A stretch of DNA of 64,000 nt from Prevotella sp. GTDB lineage: Bacteria > Bacteroidota > Bacteroidia > Bacteroidales > Dysgonomonadaceae. The stretch is taken from positions 83,791 to 147,790 of the forward strand of contig JAITVV010000084.1 in NCBI GenBank assembly GCA_031285625.1. The letters are read 5' to 3'. The notes under the pieces were generated by a model. The model was not told the DNA's origin. It worked only from the letters and a program-made list of their open reading frames with translations, and did no database searches. Below, piece by piece: positions 21,210 through 31,939 of the stretch. Numbering within the stretch: position 1 is the stretch's first letter; every line of letters begins with the position of its first letter. Made by a program: the position numbers and the translations under genes.

Positions 21210-24200
21210 CTATTTAACTTTCTTTATCCACTCACGTGCATTTACAAAAGCTTCCATCCAAGGAGTAAAGTCATCTTTACGATGTTCGAACGGATGATAA
21301 GCACATTGCCAAGGGAACAATGAACGTTCTAAGTGAGGCATCATAACCAGATGACGTCCATCATTCGAAACCAAGCCAGCAACGTCATAGTCCGAACCAT
21401 TCGGATTACCAGGATAGCCACTATAAATGTACTTCATGGTAACATTATATTCAGATTCGGCTTTCGGCATAGAGAAACGTCCTTCGCCATGAGCCACCCA
21501 TATACCAATCTTACTGCCCGAAAGCGAGCCTAACATTACAGATTTATTTTCCGGAATTTCAACACTTACAAAGGTCGATTCAAACTTATGCGAAGCATTG
21601 TGTTCCATTTTAGCTTTTACATCATGGTCAGGATATACCAGTCCCAGTTCCATCATTAACTGGCAACCATTACATACGCCAAGGCTGAGAGTATCCTCTC
21701 TCTGATAATATTTACGCAATGTTTCCTTAGCCTTTTCATTATACATAAAGCTACCTGCCCAACCTTTAGCAGAACCGAGCACATCGGAATTGGAGAACCC
21801 TCCACAGAAAACGATCAGGTTGATATCCTCAAGAGTCTCTCTTCCTGAAGCCAGGTCTGTCATATGGACATCTTTCACATCGAATCCTGCAAGATATAAA
21901 GCATAGGCCATTTCACGCTCACCATTTGTCCCTTTCTCACGGATAATGGCAGCTTTGACTCCTGTACGTTCTGTACGATTAGGATCAATACCATACTGAG
22001 CAAAACGACCAGTAAATGATGGATTGAATTTAAAGAGCAGAGGTTGTTTTTTATAATTATTGAAACGGTCTGCTGCCAGTTTCTCTCCTGATTGTTTTTT
22101 ATCTAACAGGTATGACGACTCGAACCAAACATCGCGAAGTTCATCTATATTGAATTCCTGAGAGAAAGCCTCCTTTTGGATAACTAGTTTTCTTTCTTCG
22201 ATAGGACGGGCAACAATCGCAAAGCCTATACCATAATCATCTAAGATTTTTTCTACTAAATGATGATGTTTTACCTGAATAAGAATACCCGGATTTTCTG
22301 AGAATAATACTTTTATTAAATCTGCATGATGCAGTTTATCCAAACGGGCTTCCAGTCCACCCTGAGGATTGGCAAAACACATCTCAAGCATGGCTGTGAC
22401 AAGTCCTCCGGCAGATACATCATGACCAGCCAGAATCAATCCCCTATCAACTAGTTCCTGCACTGCATTAAATGCATTCTTAAAATATTCAGGATCTTTT
22501 ACCGTAGGGACTTCTTCACCCAGTTTACTCATTGTTTGAGCAAACGCAGAACCTCCCAGTTTGAAAGTATCAAAAGAGAAATCAATATAATAAAGATATG
22601 TACCTTTGATATAAGCTAAAACAGGAGATACAATCTTACGAATATTTTTCACTTCTCCGGCCGCGGAAATAATTACAGTACCGGGAGAATAAACTTTCTC
22701 ATCTCCATATTTCTGGGTCATTGATAAAGAGTCTTTTCCTGTCGGTATATTAATACCCAATTCACAGGCAAAATCAGAGCAAGCTTCCACAGCTTTGTAC
22801 AAACGGGCATCTTCCCCCGGATTCTTACAAGGCCACATCCAGTTTGCACTTAGGGATATACCTTTCAAACCTTCTTCAATCGGAGCAAATATTATGTTTG
22901 TTAATGATTCGGCAATAGCCAATACTGAACCCGCTGCAGGATCTACCATTGCCGCCTGCGGAGCATGTCCTATTGAAGTAGCTATTCCAACTTTTCCTTT
23001 ATAATCGAGAGCAACCGCACCTAAGTCACTCAATGGCAATTGTATTTCACCCTGAGTCTGTTGACGGGCTACTTTCCCTGTGACAGAGCGGTCGACTTTA
23101 TTGGTCAACCAATCTTTACACGCAACAGCTTCCAGTTGAAGTACATTCTTTATATATTCTCCTAGATTTGACAGATCATAATCAGGATTTGTATATGTTT
23201 CTTCTATGCTTTCATCACGCATTATAGTCCGGGGAGCTTTACCAAAAAAGTCTTCCAACTTAAGATCGATAGGTCGTTTTCCGTCTGCCTGTTCAAAAAC
23301 GAATTTCATATCATCTGTAGTTTCACCCACTACATACATTGGCGAACGCTCACGTTCTGCTATTCGTTCTATTTTCTCTACGGCATCCGCTGGTATAAGC
23401 AGTCCCATACGTTCCTGACTTTCATTTCCTACAATTTCTTTCGAAGACAATGTAGGATCTCCAATCGGAAGCTTAGAGATATCTATTTTTCCACCCGTTG
23501 CTTCAACAAGCTCCGACAAGCAATTCAGATGACCGCCTGCTCCATGATCATGGATAGACACTATCGGATTATTATCAGATTCAGCCAACGCACGAATAAC
23601 ATTTGCCGTACGTTTTTGCATTTCCGGATTAGCACGCTGAACAGCGTTCAACTCTATTCCGCTGGAATATTGCCCTGTATCCACTGAAGATACAGCGCCT
23701 CCACCCATACCGATCCGATAATTGTCTCCACCAAGAATAACAACTTTCTCTCCCGGTTTTGGCTCACCTTTCAGCGCATCACGTTTATTTGCATACCCAA
23801 CACCTCCGGCAAGCATTATTACTTTGTCAAAAGCAAATTTCTTACGGTTTTCTTCATGTTCGAAAGTAAGCAAGGAACCACATATCAAAGGTTGTCCAAA
23901 GTGATTTCCAAAAGTGGAAGCACCATTGGATGCTTTTATCAATATTTCTTCCGGTGTCTGATATAACCATGGTCTTTCCGGCATAGTTTCTTCCCATGCC
24001 CTACCAGCTTTTGTACGAGGATATGAAGTCATATATACGGCAGTACCGGCAATAGGTAAAGACGCTTTACCCCCACCCAGACGGTCGCGAATCTCACCTC
24101 CCGAACCTGTAGCCGCACCATTGAACGGCTCTACTGTAGTGGGAAAGTTATGTGTCTCCGCTTTTAGAGAGATAACTGACTTAATTGGTTTGGTTTCAAA

Positions 24201-24896
24201 ATAACTTGGTTTATCTCCATCAACAGGAGCAAACTGTTCTATTTCCGGACCGGCATTAAATGCAACATTATCTTTATAGGCAGATATCAGTTTGTTTGGA
24301 TTTACCTGCGACGTTTTCTTTATTAATTTGAACAATGAACTTTCTTTCTCTTCTCCATCAATAATGAAAACTCCATTAAATATTTTGTGACGACAGTGTT
24401 CAGAATTCACTTGCGAGAAACCGAATACCTCACTATCTGTTAGTTTACGGCCGAGTCTTTCACTCACGCTATTCAGATATTCAATCTCATCTTCACTAAG
24501 TGCCAAACCTTCCTGAATATTGTATGCTTCAATATTGTCAATCTCAATGATCGGATCAGGCTGCTTATTTATAGTAAACACTTCCTGATTTATTCCGTCA
24601 TATACACGTTGAAGCATTGGATCATGTTCCGCATCATTACTGGAAACAGGAAAAAACTCTTCAATACGTAAAATACCATCAACACCCATATTTTGGGTTA
24701 TCTCAACAGCATTAGTACTCCAGGGAGTGATCATTTCGCGGCGAGGACCAATAAAAAAGCCTGAAACTTTATCGGCTTCAAGCATAGTTGCACCACTAAA
24801 TGCCCATGTAAGGCGTTGGATAAAATCGTTGTTGAGGGTTGAGTTTGTTTGAACAGCAATAATGCTTTTGGTAGGAGTTTGAAAGAAGGAAACCAT
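21210..24896 (-). CDS. purL: Phosphoribosylformylglycinamidine synthase (large form)
   Basis: NSEHCRHK, ETHNFPT, GVCNGCQ, MPHLER. Confidence 0.98.
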   Translation of the reverse strand: MVSFFQTPTKSIIAVQTNSTLNNDFIQRLTWAFSGATMLEADKVSGFFIGPRREMITPWSTNAVEITQNMGVDGILRIEEFFPVSSNDAEHDPMLQRVYDGINQEVFTINKQPDPIIEIDNIEAYNIQEGLALSEDEIEYLNSVSERLGRKLTDSEVFGFSQVNSEHCRHKIFNGVFIIDGEEKESSLFKLIKKTSQVNPNKLISAYKDNVAFNAGPEIEQFAPVDGDKPSYFETKPIKSVISLKAETHNFPTTVEPFNGAATGSGGEIRDRLGGGKASLPIAGTAVYMTSYPRTKAGRAWEETMPERPWLYQTPEEILIKASNGASTFGNHFGQPLICGSLLTFEHEENRKKFAFDKVIMLAGGVGYANKRDALKGEPKPGEKVVILGGDNYRIGMGGGAVSSVDTGQYSSGIELNAVQRANPEMQKRTANVIRALAESDNNPIVSIHDHGAGGHLNCLSELVEATGGKIDISKLPIGDPTLSSKEIVGNESQERMGLLIPADAVEKIERIAERERSPMYVVGETTDDMKFVFEQADGKRPIDLKLEDFFGKAPRTIMRDESIEETYTNPDYDLSNLGEYIKNVLQLEAVACKDWLTNKVDRSVTGKVARQQTQGEIQLPLSDLGAVALDYKGKVGIATSIGHAPQAAMVDPAAGSVLAIAESLTNIIFAPIEEGLKGISLSANWMWPCKNPGEDARLYKAVEACSDFACELGINIPTGKDSLSMTQKYGDEKVYSPGTVIISAAGEVKNIRKIVSPVLAYIKGTYLYYIDFSFDTFKLGGSAFAQTMSKLGEEVPTVKDPEYFKNAFNAVQELVDRGLILAGHDVSAGGLVTAMLEMCFANPQGGLEARLDKLHHADLIKVLFSENPGILIQVKHHHLVEKILDDYGIGFAIVARPIEERKLVIQKEAFSQEFNIDELRDVWFESSYLLDKKQSGEKLAADRFNNYKKQPLLFKFNPSFTGRFAQYGIDPNRTERTGVKAAIIREKGTNGEREMAYALYLAGFDVKDVHMTDLASGRETLEDINLIVFCGGFSNSDVLGSAKGWAGSFMYNEKAKETLRKYYQREDTLSLGVCNGCQLMMELGLVYPDHDVKAKMEHNASHKFESTFVSVEIPENKSVMLGSLSGSKIGIWVAHGEGRFSMPKAESEYNVTMKYIYSGYPGNPNGSDYDVAGLVSNDGRHLVMMPHLERSLFPWQCAYHPFEHRKDDFTPWMEAFVNAREWIKKVK

Positions 24897-25087
24897 ATTT
24901 ATTTCAAGTTAATATTTGACTCTTTAATAGGCATACAAAGGTAATGAAAAGAATTAAAACAAAGATATAAAATATATACTTGAAACCGTACATATTTAAT
25001 TATTTCAACTTTGGCTTCACCCCCCTTAAATAAAAAAAGAGACTATCCCAATGGATTAGCCTCCTCTTATATTTTCTCATCATTTTT

Positions 25088-25252
25088 CTACTGAATTCTG
25101 CTGGTATTCCGAATATTCTTCAGTTCCATTAACATGACGTCCAAATCGTGCATCCACACATCTAAAATCTCGTGGGGTGTATCTTTGGGCGCATCTTCAA
25201 TATGCTTTTGAGCAAATTGAATTTCATTAATCAATTTTTTGTGCTGATCCAT
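25088..25252 (-). CDS. Small hypothetical protein (54 aa)
   Basis: MDQHKKLINEIQ... with A-rich start context. Confidence 0.55.
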   Translation of the reverse strand: MDQHKKLINEIQFAQKHIEDAPKDTPHEILDVWMHDLDVMLMELKNIRNTSRIQ

Positions 25253-25520
25253 GATTTTTACTTTAAGATTATTCTTATTTTGCAATACAAACAAAACAAT
25301 TACACAAATAATATTATTTTTTTGCAATATTAACATTACAAAAATGGGTATTATTTTTTATTTTATACGTATAAATATTATTTTTTAATATATTTTTAAC
25401 ATTTAAGAACATTACACAAAGAAGTTTATAAGTATTCGAAATCTTAACAACCTACTATGATAGTCAATTTATAACTAGGAAAATATTATCTTTGCAGCTA
25501 AAGTAAAAAACAACCATAAC

Positions 25521-26843
25521 ATGAAAATAGCTATAGTAGGCACGGGATATGTGGGCCTCGTTACAGGAACCTGTTTTGCAGAGATGGGTACTGAGGTTTT
25601 CTGTGTCGATATCGATAAAAATAAGATTGAAAAGCTAAAACAAGGTATAATTCCCATCTTTGAGCCTGGCTTGGACGAAATGGTTGAACGCAACCATAAA
25701 GCCGGACGCTTGCAGTTCACGACTGATTTAAGTTCAATTTTGAATGAAGTCGACATTGTTTTCTCTGCTGTTGGAACCCCCCCTGATGAAGATGGTAGCG
25801 CTGACCTAAAGTATGTTTTAGATGTAGCCCGTACTGTTGGACAGAACCTGAATAAATACATGGTTATTGTCACCAAAAGTACTGTCCCGGTAGGGACAGC
25901 CAAACTGGTGAAAAAGACAATACAAGACGAACTGAATAAAAGGGGATTATCTGATCTGAAATTTGATGTGGCTTCTAATCCAGAGTTCCTAAAAGAAGGT
26001 GCGGCCATTACAGATTTTATGCAGCCCGACCGCGTTGTTGTCGGAGTAGAATCGGAAGAGGCTAAACGCTTAATGGAAAAATTGTATAAACCTTTTACTT
26101 TAAATAACTATCGAATTATTTATACAGATATTCCTTCTGCAGAAATGATTAAATATGCAGCAAACGCAATGTTGGCAACCCGGATCAGCTTCATGAACGA
26201 TATAGCCAATATGTGTGAAATAGTAGGAGCCGATGTAAATATGGTTCGCAAGGGTATAGGAGCGGATGCCCGTATCGGATCAAAATTTCTTTATGCAGGA
26301 TGTGGATATGGAGGAAGTTGTTTTCCCAAAGATGTAAAAGCATTAATTCATACTGCTAATAAACTTGGTTACAAGATGCAGATACTTGAGGCCGTAGAAA
26401 ATGTAAATGAGTTCCAGAAAAATATACTCTTTGATAAGCTGATGAAGTATTATAATAACGATATAAAAGGTAAAACAATCGCAGTCTGGGGGTTAGCATT
26501 TAAACCTAAAACAGATGACATGCGAGAAGCACCATCATTAGTATTGATCGACAGGATTATCAAAGCCGGGGGAAAAGTGAGAGCTTATGACCCCGTAGCG
26601 ATGGAGGAAGCCAAGAAACATCATTTGGGCGACTCTGTTATATATGCGAAAGACATTTATGATGCCACATTAGACGCCGATGCAATCCTTATGGTGACAG
26701 AGTGGAACGAGTTCCGGTTACCAACTTGGGAGGTCATTAAGAAAACTATGAAAAAGCCTGTAGTCTTTGATGGTAGAAACATCTACAATAAAGAGGAAAT
26801 GAATGAAATCGGATTTGATTATTTCGGTATCGGTATAAAATAA
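25521..26843 (+). CDS. ugd: UDP-glucose 6-dehydrogenase
   Basis: GTGYVG, NPEFLKEG, GYGGSCFPKD. Confidence 0.95.
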   Translation: MKIAIVGTGYVGLVTGTCFAEMGTEVFCVDIDKNKIEKLKQGIIPIFEPGLDEMVERNHKAGRLQFTTDLSSILNEVDIVFSAVGTPPDEDGSADLKYVLDVARTVGQNLNKYMVIVTKSTVPVGTAKLVKKTIQDELNKRGLSDLKFDVASNPEFLKEGAAITDFMQPDRVVVGVESEEAKRLMEKLYKPFTLNNYRIIYTDIPSAEMIKYAANAMLATRISFMNDIANMCEIVGADVNMVRKGIGADARIGSKFLYAGCGYGGSCFPKDVKALIHTANKLGYKMQILEAVENVNEFQKNILFDKLMKYYNNDIKGKTIAVWGLAFKPKTDDMREAPSLVLIDRIIKAGGKVRAYDPVAMEEAKKHHLGDSVIYAKDIYDATLDADAILMVTEWNEFRLPTWEVIKKTMKKPVVFDGRNIYNKEEMNEIGFDYFGIGIK

Positions 26844-26849
26844 GTAACA

Positions 26850-27521
26850 ATGATTATAGCAGAAGGCATTACAAAAAGTTTCGGCTCATTAAAAGTATTG
26901 AAAGGTATTGATCTTCATGTTGCAAAAGGTGAAATCATATCAATAGTTGGGGCCAGTGGTGCAGGAAAAACAACCCTTCTTCAAATAATAGGAACACTCG
27001 ATAAAGCGGATAGTGGAACTATATCGATCAATGATCAAAAACTAAATAGCCTGAGAGACACACAACTCTCTGATTTCAGAAATAAAAATATTGGATTTGT
27101 ATTTCAGTTTCACCAACTTCTACCTGAATTTACAGCCTTAGAGAATGTAATGATTCCGGCCCTGATAGGTAAGACTAAAGAATCCCAAGCAAAACAAAAG
27201 GCAAAAGAACTACTGGACATGCTGGGGCTTTCAGGCCGTATAGGACACAAACCAAATGAGCTTTCAGGCGGAGAGAAACAACGTGTAGCTGTGGCCCGCG
27301 CCCTGATAAACGATCCGGCTATTATTCTGGCCGATGAGCCTTCGGGAAGTTTGGATACAGAAAATAAAGAAGAATTACATCAATTATTCTTTAAGTTACG
27401 GGATACTCTCGGACAAACGTTCGTAATTGTCACACATGATGAACATCTGGCCTCTATAACGGACCGTACTGTACATATGCGTGATGGCCTGATTATTGAC
27501 AACCTAACAGAATCTTTATAA
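26850..27521 (+). CDS. ABC transporter ATP-binding protein (LolD-like)
   Basis: [20 protein letters not shown]. Confidence 0.9.
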   Translation: MIIAEGITKSFGSLKVLKGIDLHVAKGEIISIVGASGAGKTTLLQIIGTLDKADSGTISINDQKLNSLRDTQLSDFRNKNIGFVFQFHQLLPEFTALENVMIPALIGKTKESQAKQKAKELLDMLGLSGRIGHKPNELSGGEKQRVAVARALINDPAIILADEPSGSLDTENKEELHQLFFKLRDTLGQTFVIVTHDEHLASITDRTVHMRDGLIIDNLTESL

Positions 27522-27524
27522 ACT

Positions 27525-28061
27525 ATGCAGTCCTCTGATAAACGGCTTTATCAGATCGCTCTCACACAGGTTGCGGGAGTTGGTGATATTATTGCCCGCA
27601 AACTCTTACAGATAATAGGTGATGAAGAGGCTATTTTCAAATCAAATAGAAAATCACTGATAAGTACAGGTATTTCATCAAAGATAGCAGATGAGATACT
27701 AAATACGAAAGTGCTCGAAAGAGCAGAAAAAGAACTGAACTTTGTAGAGAAAAACAAAATAAGCACTTATTTCATCAGTGATAAAGACTATCCACATCGC
27801 CTCAAAGATTGTAGTGATGCTCCTATTCTACTCTACTTCAAGGGTAATGTAAATTTTAATGCAGAAAAGGTTATCAGTATTGTTGGTACCAGAAAATCGA
27901 CAAGTTATGGTAATAGCTTTTGTGATTCGTTTCTGAAAGATATATCCTCCATTTTTCCAGACACATTAATTGTAAGCGGACTGGCCTATGGTATAGATAT
28001 ACAGACTCATCAATCGGCATTGAAATATAATCTGCCTACAGTCGGAGTACTGACATATTAG
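27525..28061 (+). pseudogene. dprA: DprA DNA-processing protein, 5' half only, interrupted by prophage
   Basis: SIVGTRK and VSGLAYGID motifs; stops at LPTVGVL-TY* where DprA continues (AHGLD-like), exactly at the GC drop. Confidence 0.9.
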
Positions 28062-28067
28062 ATGTAT

Positions 28068-28097
28068 TTTGCAGTATATATTTTTTTCATATCTTTG
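28068..28097 (+). promoter_or_regulatory. Host-sigma promoter of integrase
   Basis: TTTG (28068-28071) and TATCTTTG (28090-28097). Confidence 0.55.
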
Positions 28098-28114
28098 ATT
28101 AAAAATTAAAGGAT

Positions 28115-29971
28115 ATGGGAAAAGTAATATTGTTAATTAGGGTAAGTACTGACAGGCAAGAATATGAAGCACAGACCACAGAGTTAGTACAGTTTGTTAA
28201 ATCATTTGGTTATGGTGATAATGACATAATATTGATTCAGGATAAAGAATCAGCTATCAAGTTATCAGAAGAAGAAAGGCAAGGATTAAATAAGATGAAA
28301 GAAGCCATTGTTAATAATGATGGCAATATTGATGCTGTATATTGTTGGGAGTTATCACGCTTATCAAGACAACCAAAGATATTATATTCTATCAGGGATT
28401 TATTATTAGAAAAAAGAATTAATTTAATAGTAAAAGAACCATTTTTAAAATTATTGGATGATAATAAAGAACCTGTATCTACATCAATGATTCAGTTTGG
28501 ATTCTTCATTACATTGGTTGAAAATGAAATGAGGGATAAGAAAGCAAGGTTTGATAGGGGTAGAAAAAATAAAGCATCACAAGGTAAATATGTAGGCGGT
28601 TATATTCGATATGGATATACAATAGATTCCAATAAGAAGTTTATTATAAATGAAGATGAAGCACAAATAATAAGGCTTGTATACAATTTATATGAGACGG
28701 GTAAATATTCACATAGGACAATAGTAGCTGAATTGAAAGAATTGGGGTATGGTAATGATATTGCTAATATTGGCAAGGTACAGAACATATTGAATGCAGA
28801 GGAATATACAGGTGTTACCAAGAATAAAAAATTAAACATATCTTTTCCAATAATCATATCAAAGGAACAATTTAATATATGTAGGCAAATAAGCAATGGG
28901 AATAATGATAAGTTGAATAAATCAAGTGAGATATATTATTCACAGTTATTATTGGAATGTTCTTGTTGTGGTAAGCATTTACATCCAAAGAAATCAGTAA
29001 ACTTATATGGATGTCCTGATAGGACTGTTTTAAATGGTTATCAGATGGATAATATAATTGAGAAGTGTGTAGACCAAAACTATTTAAATATGTCTATAAT
29101 GGATAGTTTATTATGGTATGTGGCAAAAGAAAAAGAAGCAATTACAATATTATCTTCCACTGAGGAAGAAATAAATTTAAATAATTTAAAGATTGAAGAT
29201 TTAAAGAAAAAAGCGGATAGCATTTATAATAGGTTAGATGATTTAAAAAAGAGAAGAAGCAGATTAGGTTTATCCTTCAGTGATGGAATGATAGATGAAG
29301 AAGCATATAGCAAAAGAAAGCAATCATTGAATGAAGAAGAAAATTTAATTAATAGTGATAAGTTGAATTATATAAATGAGATTGAAAGATTAGAAAAAGT
29401 TAATGCTAATATTCATTCCAATTTAATTAATATGAATAATTGGAGAGATATAAATGAGGGCAAGAATATATTAAAGAATTTGGATATTATTATTGGTGAA
29501 CAATTGGATAAGATTGTTGATGATAAGACAAGATATAATATAATCAGGAAACAAGTAAAGAATGTTGTTGTTAAAAAGATTGATGATATAACTAAACAGT
29601 TGGTTATATATTATAATGATGAAAAGTTTCAAAAAGAAAGTTTCTTTTATGAAAAGAAATCCAAACAATCAAAGCCATCCATATACAGGTTTAGCAACAA
29701 GACCATATTTGATATTAGGTCACGTGATAATAAAGATTATGAAATTAAATTTCCAATTGTAAAAGAATATAAAGGCAAGCCACAATTAGGGCAATATGAT
29801 AAGATAAAAGATAAGATGAAACAAGACCCTGAATATGCTGAGAGGAAAAGAAAGAAAGGATATTATTATACAAGGTGTTGGAAGATAAAGAATGATACAA
29901 AATTAACAACACAGCAAAAAGAAGAACAAATAAATAATTTAACTTCAAAATATAAAGAATGGATTATCTAA
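28115..29971 (+). CDS. Large serine recombinase (phage integrase)
   Basis: RVST catalytic Ser, WELSRLSR, YGY recombinase motif, CSCCGK zinc ribbon, coiled coil. Confidence 0.95.
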   Translation: MGKVILLIRVSTDRQEYEAQTTELVQFVKSFGYGDNDIILIQDKESAIKLSEEERQGLNKMKEAIVNNDGNIDAVYCWELSRLSRQPKILYSIRDLLLEKRINLIVKEPFLKLLDDNKEPVSTSMIQFGFFITLVENEMRDKKARFDRGRKNKASQGKYVGGYIRYGYTIDSNKKFIINEDEAQIIRLVYNLYETGKYSHRTIVAELKELGYGNDIANIGKVQNILNAEEYTGVTKNKKLNISFPIIISKEQFNICRQISNGNNDKLNKSSEIYYSQLLLECSCCGKHLHPKKSVNLYGCPDRTVLNGYQMDNIIEKCVDQNYLNMSIMDSLLWYVAKEKEAITILSSTEEEINLNNLKIEDLKKKADSIYNRLDDLKKRRSRLGLSFSDGMIDEEAYSKRKQSLNEEENLINSDKLNYINEIERLEKVNANIHSNLINMNNWRDINEGKNILKNLDIIIGEQLDKIVDDKTRYNIIRKQVKNVVVKKIDDITKQLVIYYNDEKFQKESFFYEKKSKQSKPSIYRFSNKTIFDIRSRDNKDYEIKFPIVKEYKGKPQLGQYDKIKDKMKQDPEYAERKRKKGYYYTRCWKIKNDTKLTTQQKEEQINNLTSKYKEWII

Positions 29972-30012
29972 CGATAATCCATTTTTTTATGTATATAAGG
30001 TAAATATCAATA
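29958..30012 (+). promoter_or_regulatory. Terminator plus TATCAATA cassette
   Basis: AATGGATTATC-taac-GATAATCCATT, TTTTTTATGTATAT, TATCAATA at 30005-30012. Confidence 0.75.
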
Positions 30013-30027
30013 ATATAAATTTGATAT

Positions 30028-30768
30028 ATGATAAAGATAACAATTGATAATGTTGATTACAATATACCTTCTGAATGGTCAGATGTAAAATTATCCCAGT
30101 ATGAAAAATGGTTTGAATGTGACATAAAAGAAAAGGAAGATGAAATTGCATTTGTATCTAATGTATCAGGAATTGATTTAAACCTATTAAAAACGCTTCC
30201 ATTGAGTTTTTATAATGATTTGGTAGATATAATAGGATTCTCATTAAAAGATGCTAATATGCTTCCTAAATCGAATATAATAATTGATGGTATTCAATAT
30301 TCAATTAACTCAAGGAATGAATTAACATTGGATGAATGGGTAGATACAGAAGCTGTATTAAAAGGAAATGATAATAAGTTAAGTTCAGTATTAGCAATTG
30401 TATGTAGACCAACAGGTGAAATATATAATAGTAATAGATTATCTGAAAGGATTGAATTATATAAGAATATTACAATGGATAAGTTGTTTCCCTTATTCAG
30501 TTTTTTTTTGACCTTAAAAGAACAATATCAAAAGATTATGAATACCTGTTTAATGGTTCAGGAAGTAACAAACCAATTGCACCTGCATATAGAGAATTTA
30601 GTAAAAAATGGGGGTGGTATAAGCAGATTGCAGAATTGGCGAATGATAATATTCAAGAAATGGATAACATTCTCAAACTCAAAGTTATTGAAGTATTTAA
30701 CTTCCTTTCTTATCAGGTTGATAAGCAAAAAGCAAAAGAAGAACAACAAAAGTTTGAAGAACAATTAA
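30028..30768 (+). CDS. Tail assembly chaperone (gpG-like), zero-frame product
   Basis: YNIPSEWSDVKL N-terminus; T9 slippery run at 30501-30509. Confidence 0.7.
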   Translation: MIKITIDNVDYNIPSEWSDVKLSQYEKWFECDIKEKEDEIAFVSNVSGIDLNLLKTLPLSFYNDLVDIIGFSLKDANMLPKSNIIIDGIQYSINSRNELTLDEWVDTEAVLKGNDNKLSSVLAIVCRPTGEIYNSNRLSERIELYKNITMDKLFPLFSFFLTLKEQYQKIMNTCLMVQEVTNQLHLHIENLVKNGGGISRLQNWRMIIFKKWITFSNSKLLKYLTSFLIRLISKKQKKNNKSLKNN

Positions 30769-30791
30769 GAAAGAATAATATGAATAATTAA
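30028..30791 (+). CDS. Tail assembly chaperone -1 frameshift product (gpGT-like)
   Basis: -1 frame open from T9 to TAA 30789-30791: FFDLKRTISKDYEYLF...KKWGWYKQIAELA...FNFLSYQVDK. Confidence 0.7.
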
Positions 30792-30800
30792 AATAATATA

Positions 30801-31397
30801 ATGATAAAAAAGATAATATATTTATTTGAAAGGTTATCCAAACAGCATAAATTAATTCAATCATTCTACTATAACCGCAATTATGAAATTGGTAGTGGCA
30901 ATGAAAAGCATCCTTTATTATGGTTGGAAGACCCGATGTATATAAATATAACAGGTTCAAATAATAATATAATTGAAGCAGATATAAATTTCAGTGTGTT
31001 ATTGATACCAAATGAAGATACAACCTTTGTAGATTGTCAGGATTTAGCATTTAGTACAGGTCATAACATCATAGAATATATTAAAAAGTATAAACCATTT
31101 GGATTTATAATAAAATCAGGTACAGAATCTGCATTAACATTGCAACATTATTATGATAATAATACAGCAGGTGCAAGATTTTCGTTTGTTTTACAGAATG
31201 CCAATCCTGCAAGTATATGTTTATTGGATGAGCATTTTGAATCAGGTGTATTTAATTGTGATTTCAATGATGATTATTTAAAATATTGTAATGATAAAGA
31301 AGAAGATAAGGTTAATGATTTTGATGTAACCCCTGCAAATAATTGCACAACCTTTGTAGATAAATTACCTGACTTCACATTAAGGACATCAAGATGA
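30801..31397 (+). CDS. Phage tail terminator/completion-like protein
   Basis: HPLLWLE motif, size and position in tail block. Confidence 0.5.
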   Translation: MIKKIIYLFERLSKQHKLIQSFYYNRNYEIGSGNEKHPLLWLEDPMYINITGSNNNIIEADINFSVLLIPNEDTTFVDCQDLAFSTGHNIIEYIKKYKPFGFIIKSGTESALTLQHYYDNNTAGARFSFVLQNANPASICLLDEHFESGVFNCDFNDDYLKYCNDKEEDKVNDFDVTPANNCTTFVDKLPDFTLRTSR

Positions 31398-31864
31398 ACA
31401 ATAAAGTAAAAACCATATTAAAAGCCATTAGTGAGGATATTGAAGTTCTTGCACAAATCATATTTGAGACTGATACAATAAGTAATAATACCAAGGTAAG
31501 TAAAAATACTTTAAAAGATAGTCAGTTATCGAAAGATGTAGAAGTAAAGATACAAGAATTGGGTAATCCTATAATAGATATAATGTTCAATCATTATATA
31601 GTTTATTTAGAATGGGATAGACCACCAATGTATGGTAAGATGCCACCTATATCTGATTTACGTGATTGGGCTATTAAAAATGATATTCCTGATGATAATA
31701 GTACATTATATTTGATAAGCAGGGCAATATGGAGAGATGGACATAAAGGCAGACCAATAACAAAAAACTTAATGATAGAGATTGAAGATAGGTTTGATAA
31801 GGAATGGTTTGATTTATTATTTGAAGGAATCATTGATGATTTAATTCAAATATTTAATGAATAA
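31394..31864 (+). CDS. Phage tail-completion/neck protein
   Basis: YLEWDR..GKMPPISDLRDWA..ISRAIWRDG motif. Confidence 0.55.
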   Translation: MNNKVKTILKAISEDIEVLAQIIFETDTISNNTKVSKNTLKDSQLSKDVEVKIQELGNPIIDIMFNHYIVYLEWDRPPMYGKMPPISDLRDWAIKNDIPDDNSTLYLISRAIWRDGHKGRPITKNLMIEIEDRFDKEWFDLLFEGIIDDLIQIFNE

Positions 31865-31872
31865 AATATATA

Positions 31873-31925
31873 GAGTATCATTAGATACTCCATTCTTTTT
31901 TATGTATATGTTATAAATATCAATA
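31873..31925 (+). promoter_or_regulatory. Terminator plus TATCAATA cassette
   Basis: GAGTATC-atta-GATACTC, TTTTTTATGTATAT, TATCAATA at 31918-31925. Confidence 0.75.
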
Positions 31926-31939
31926 TTTAAAAAATTATA

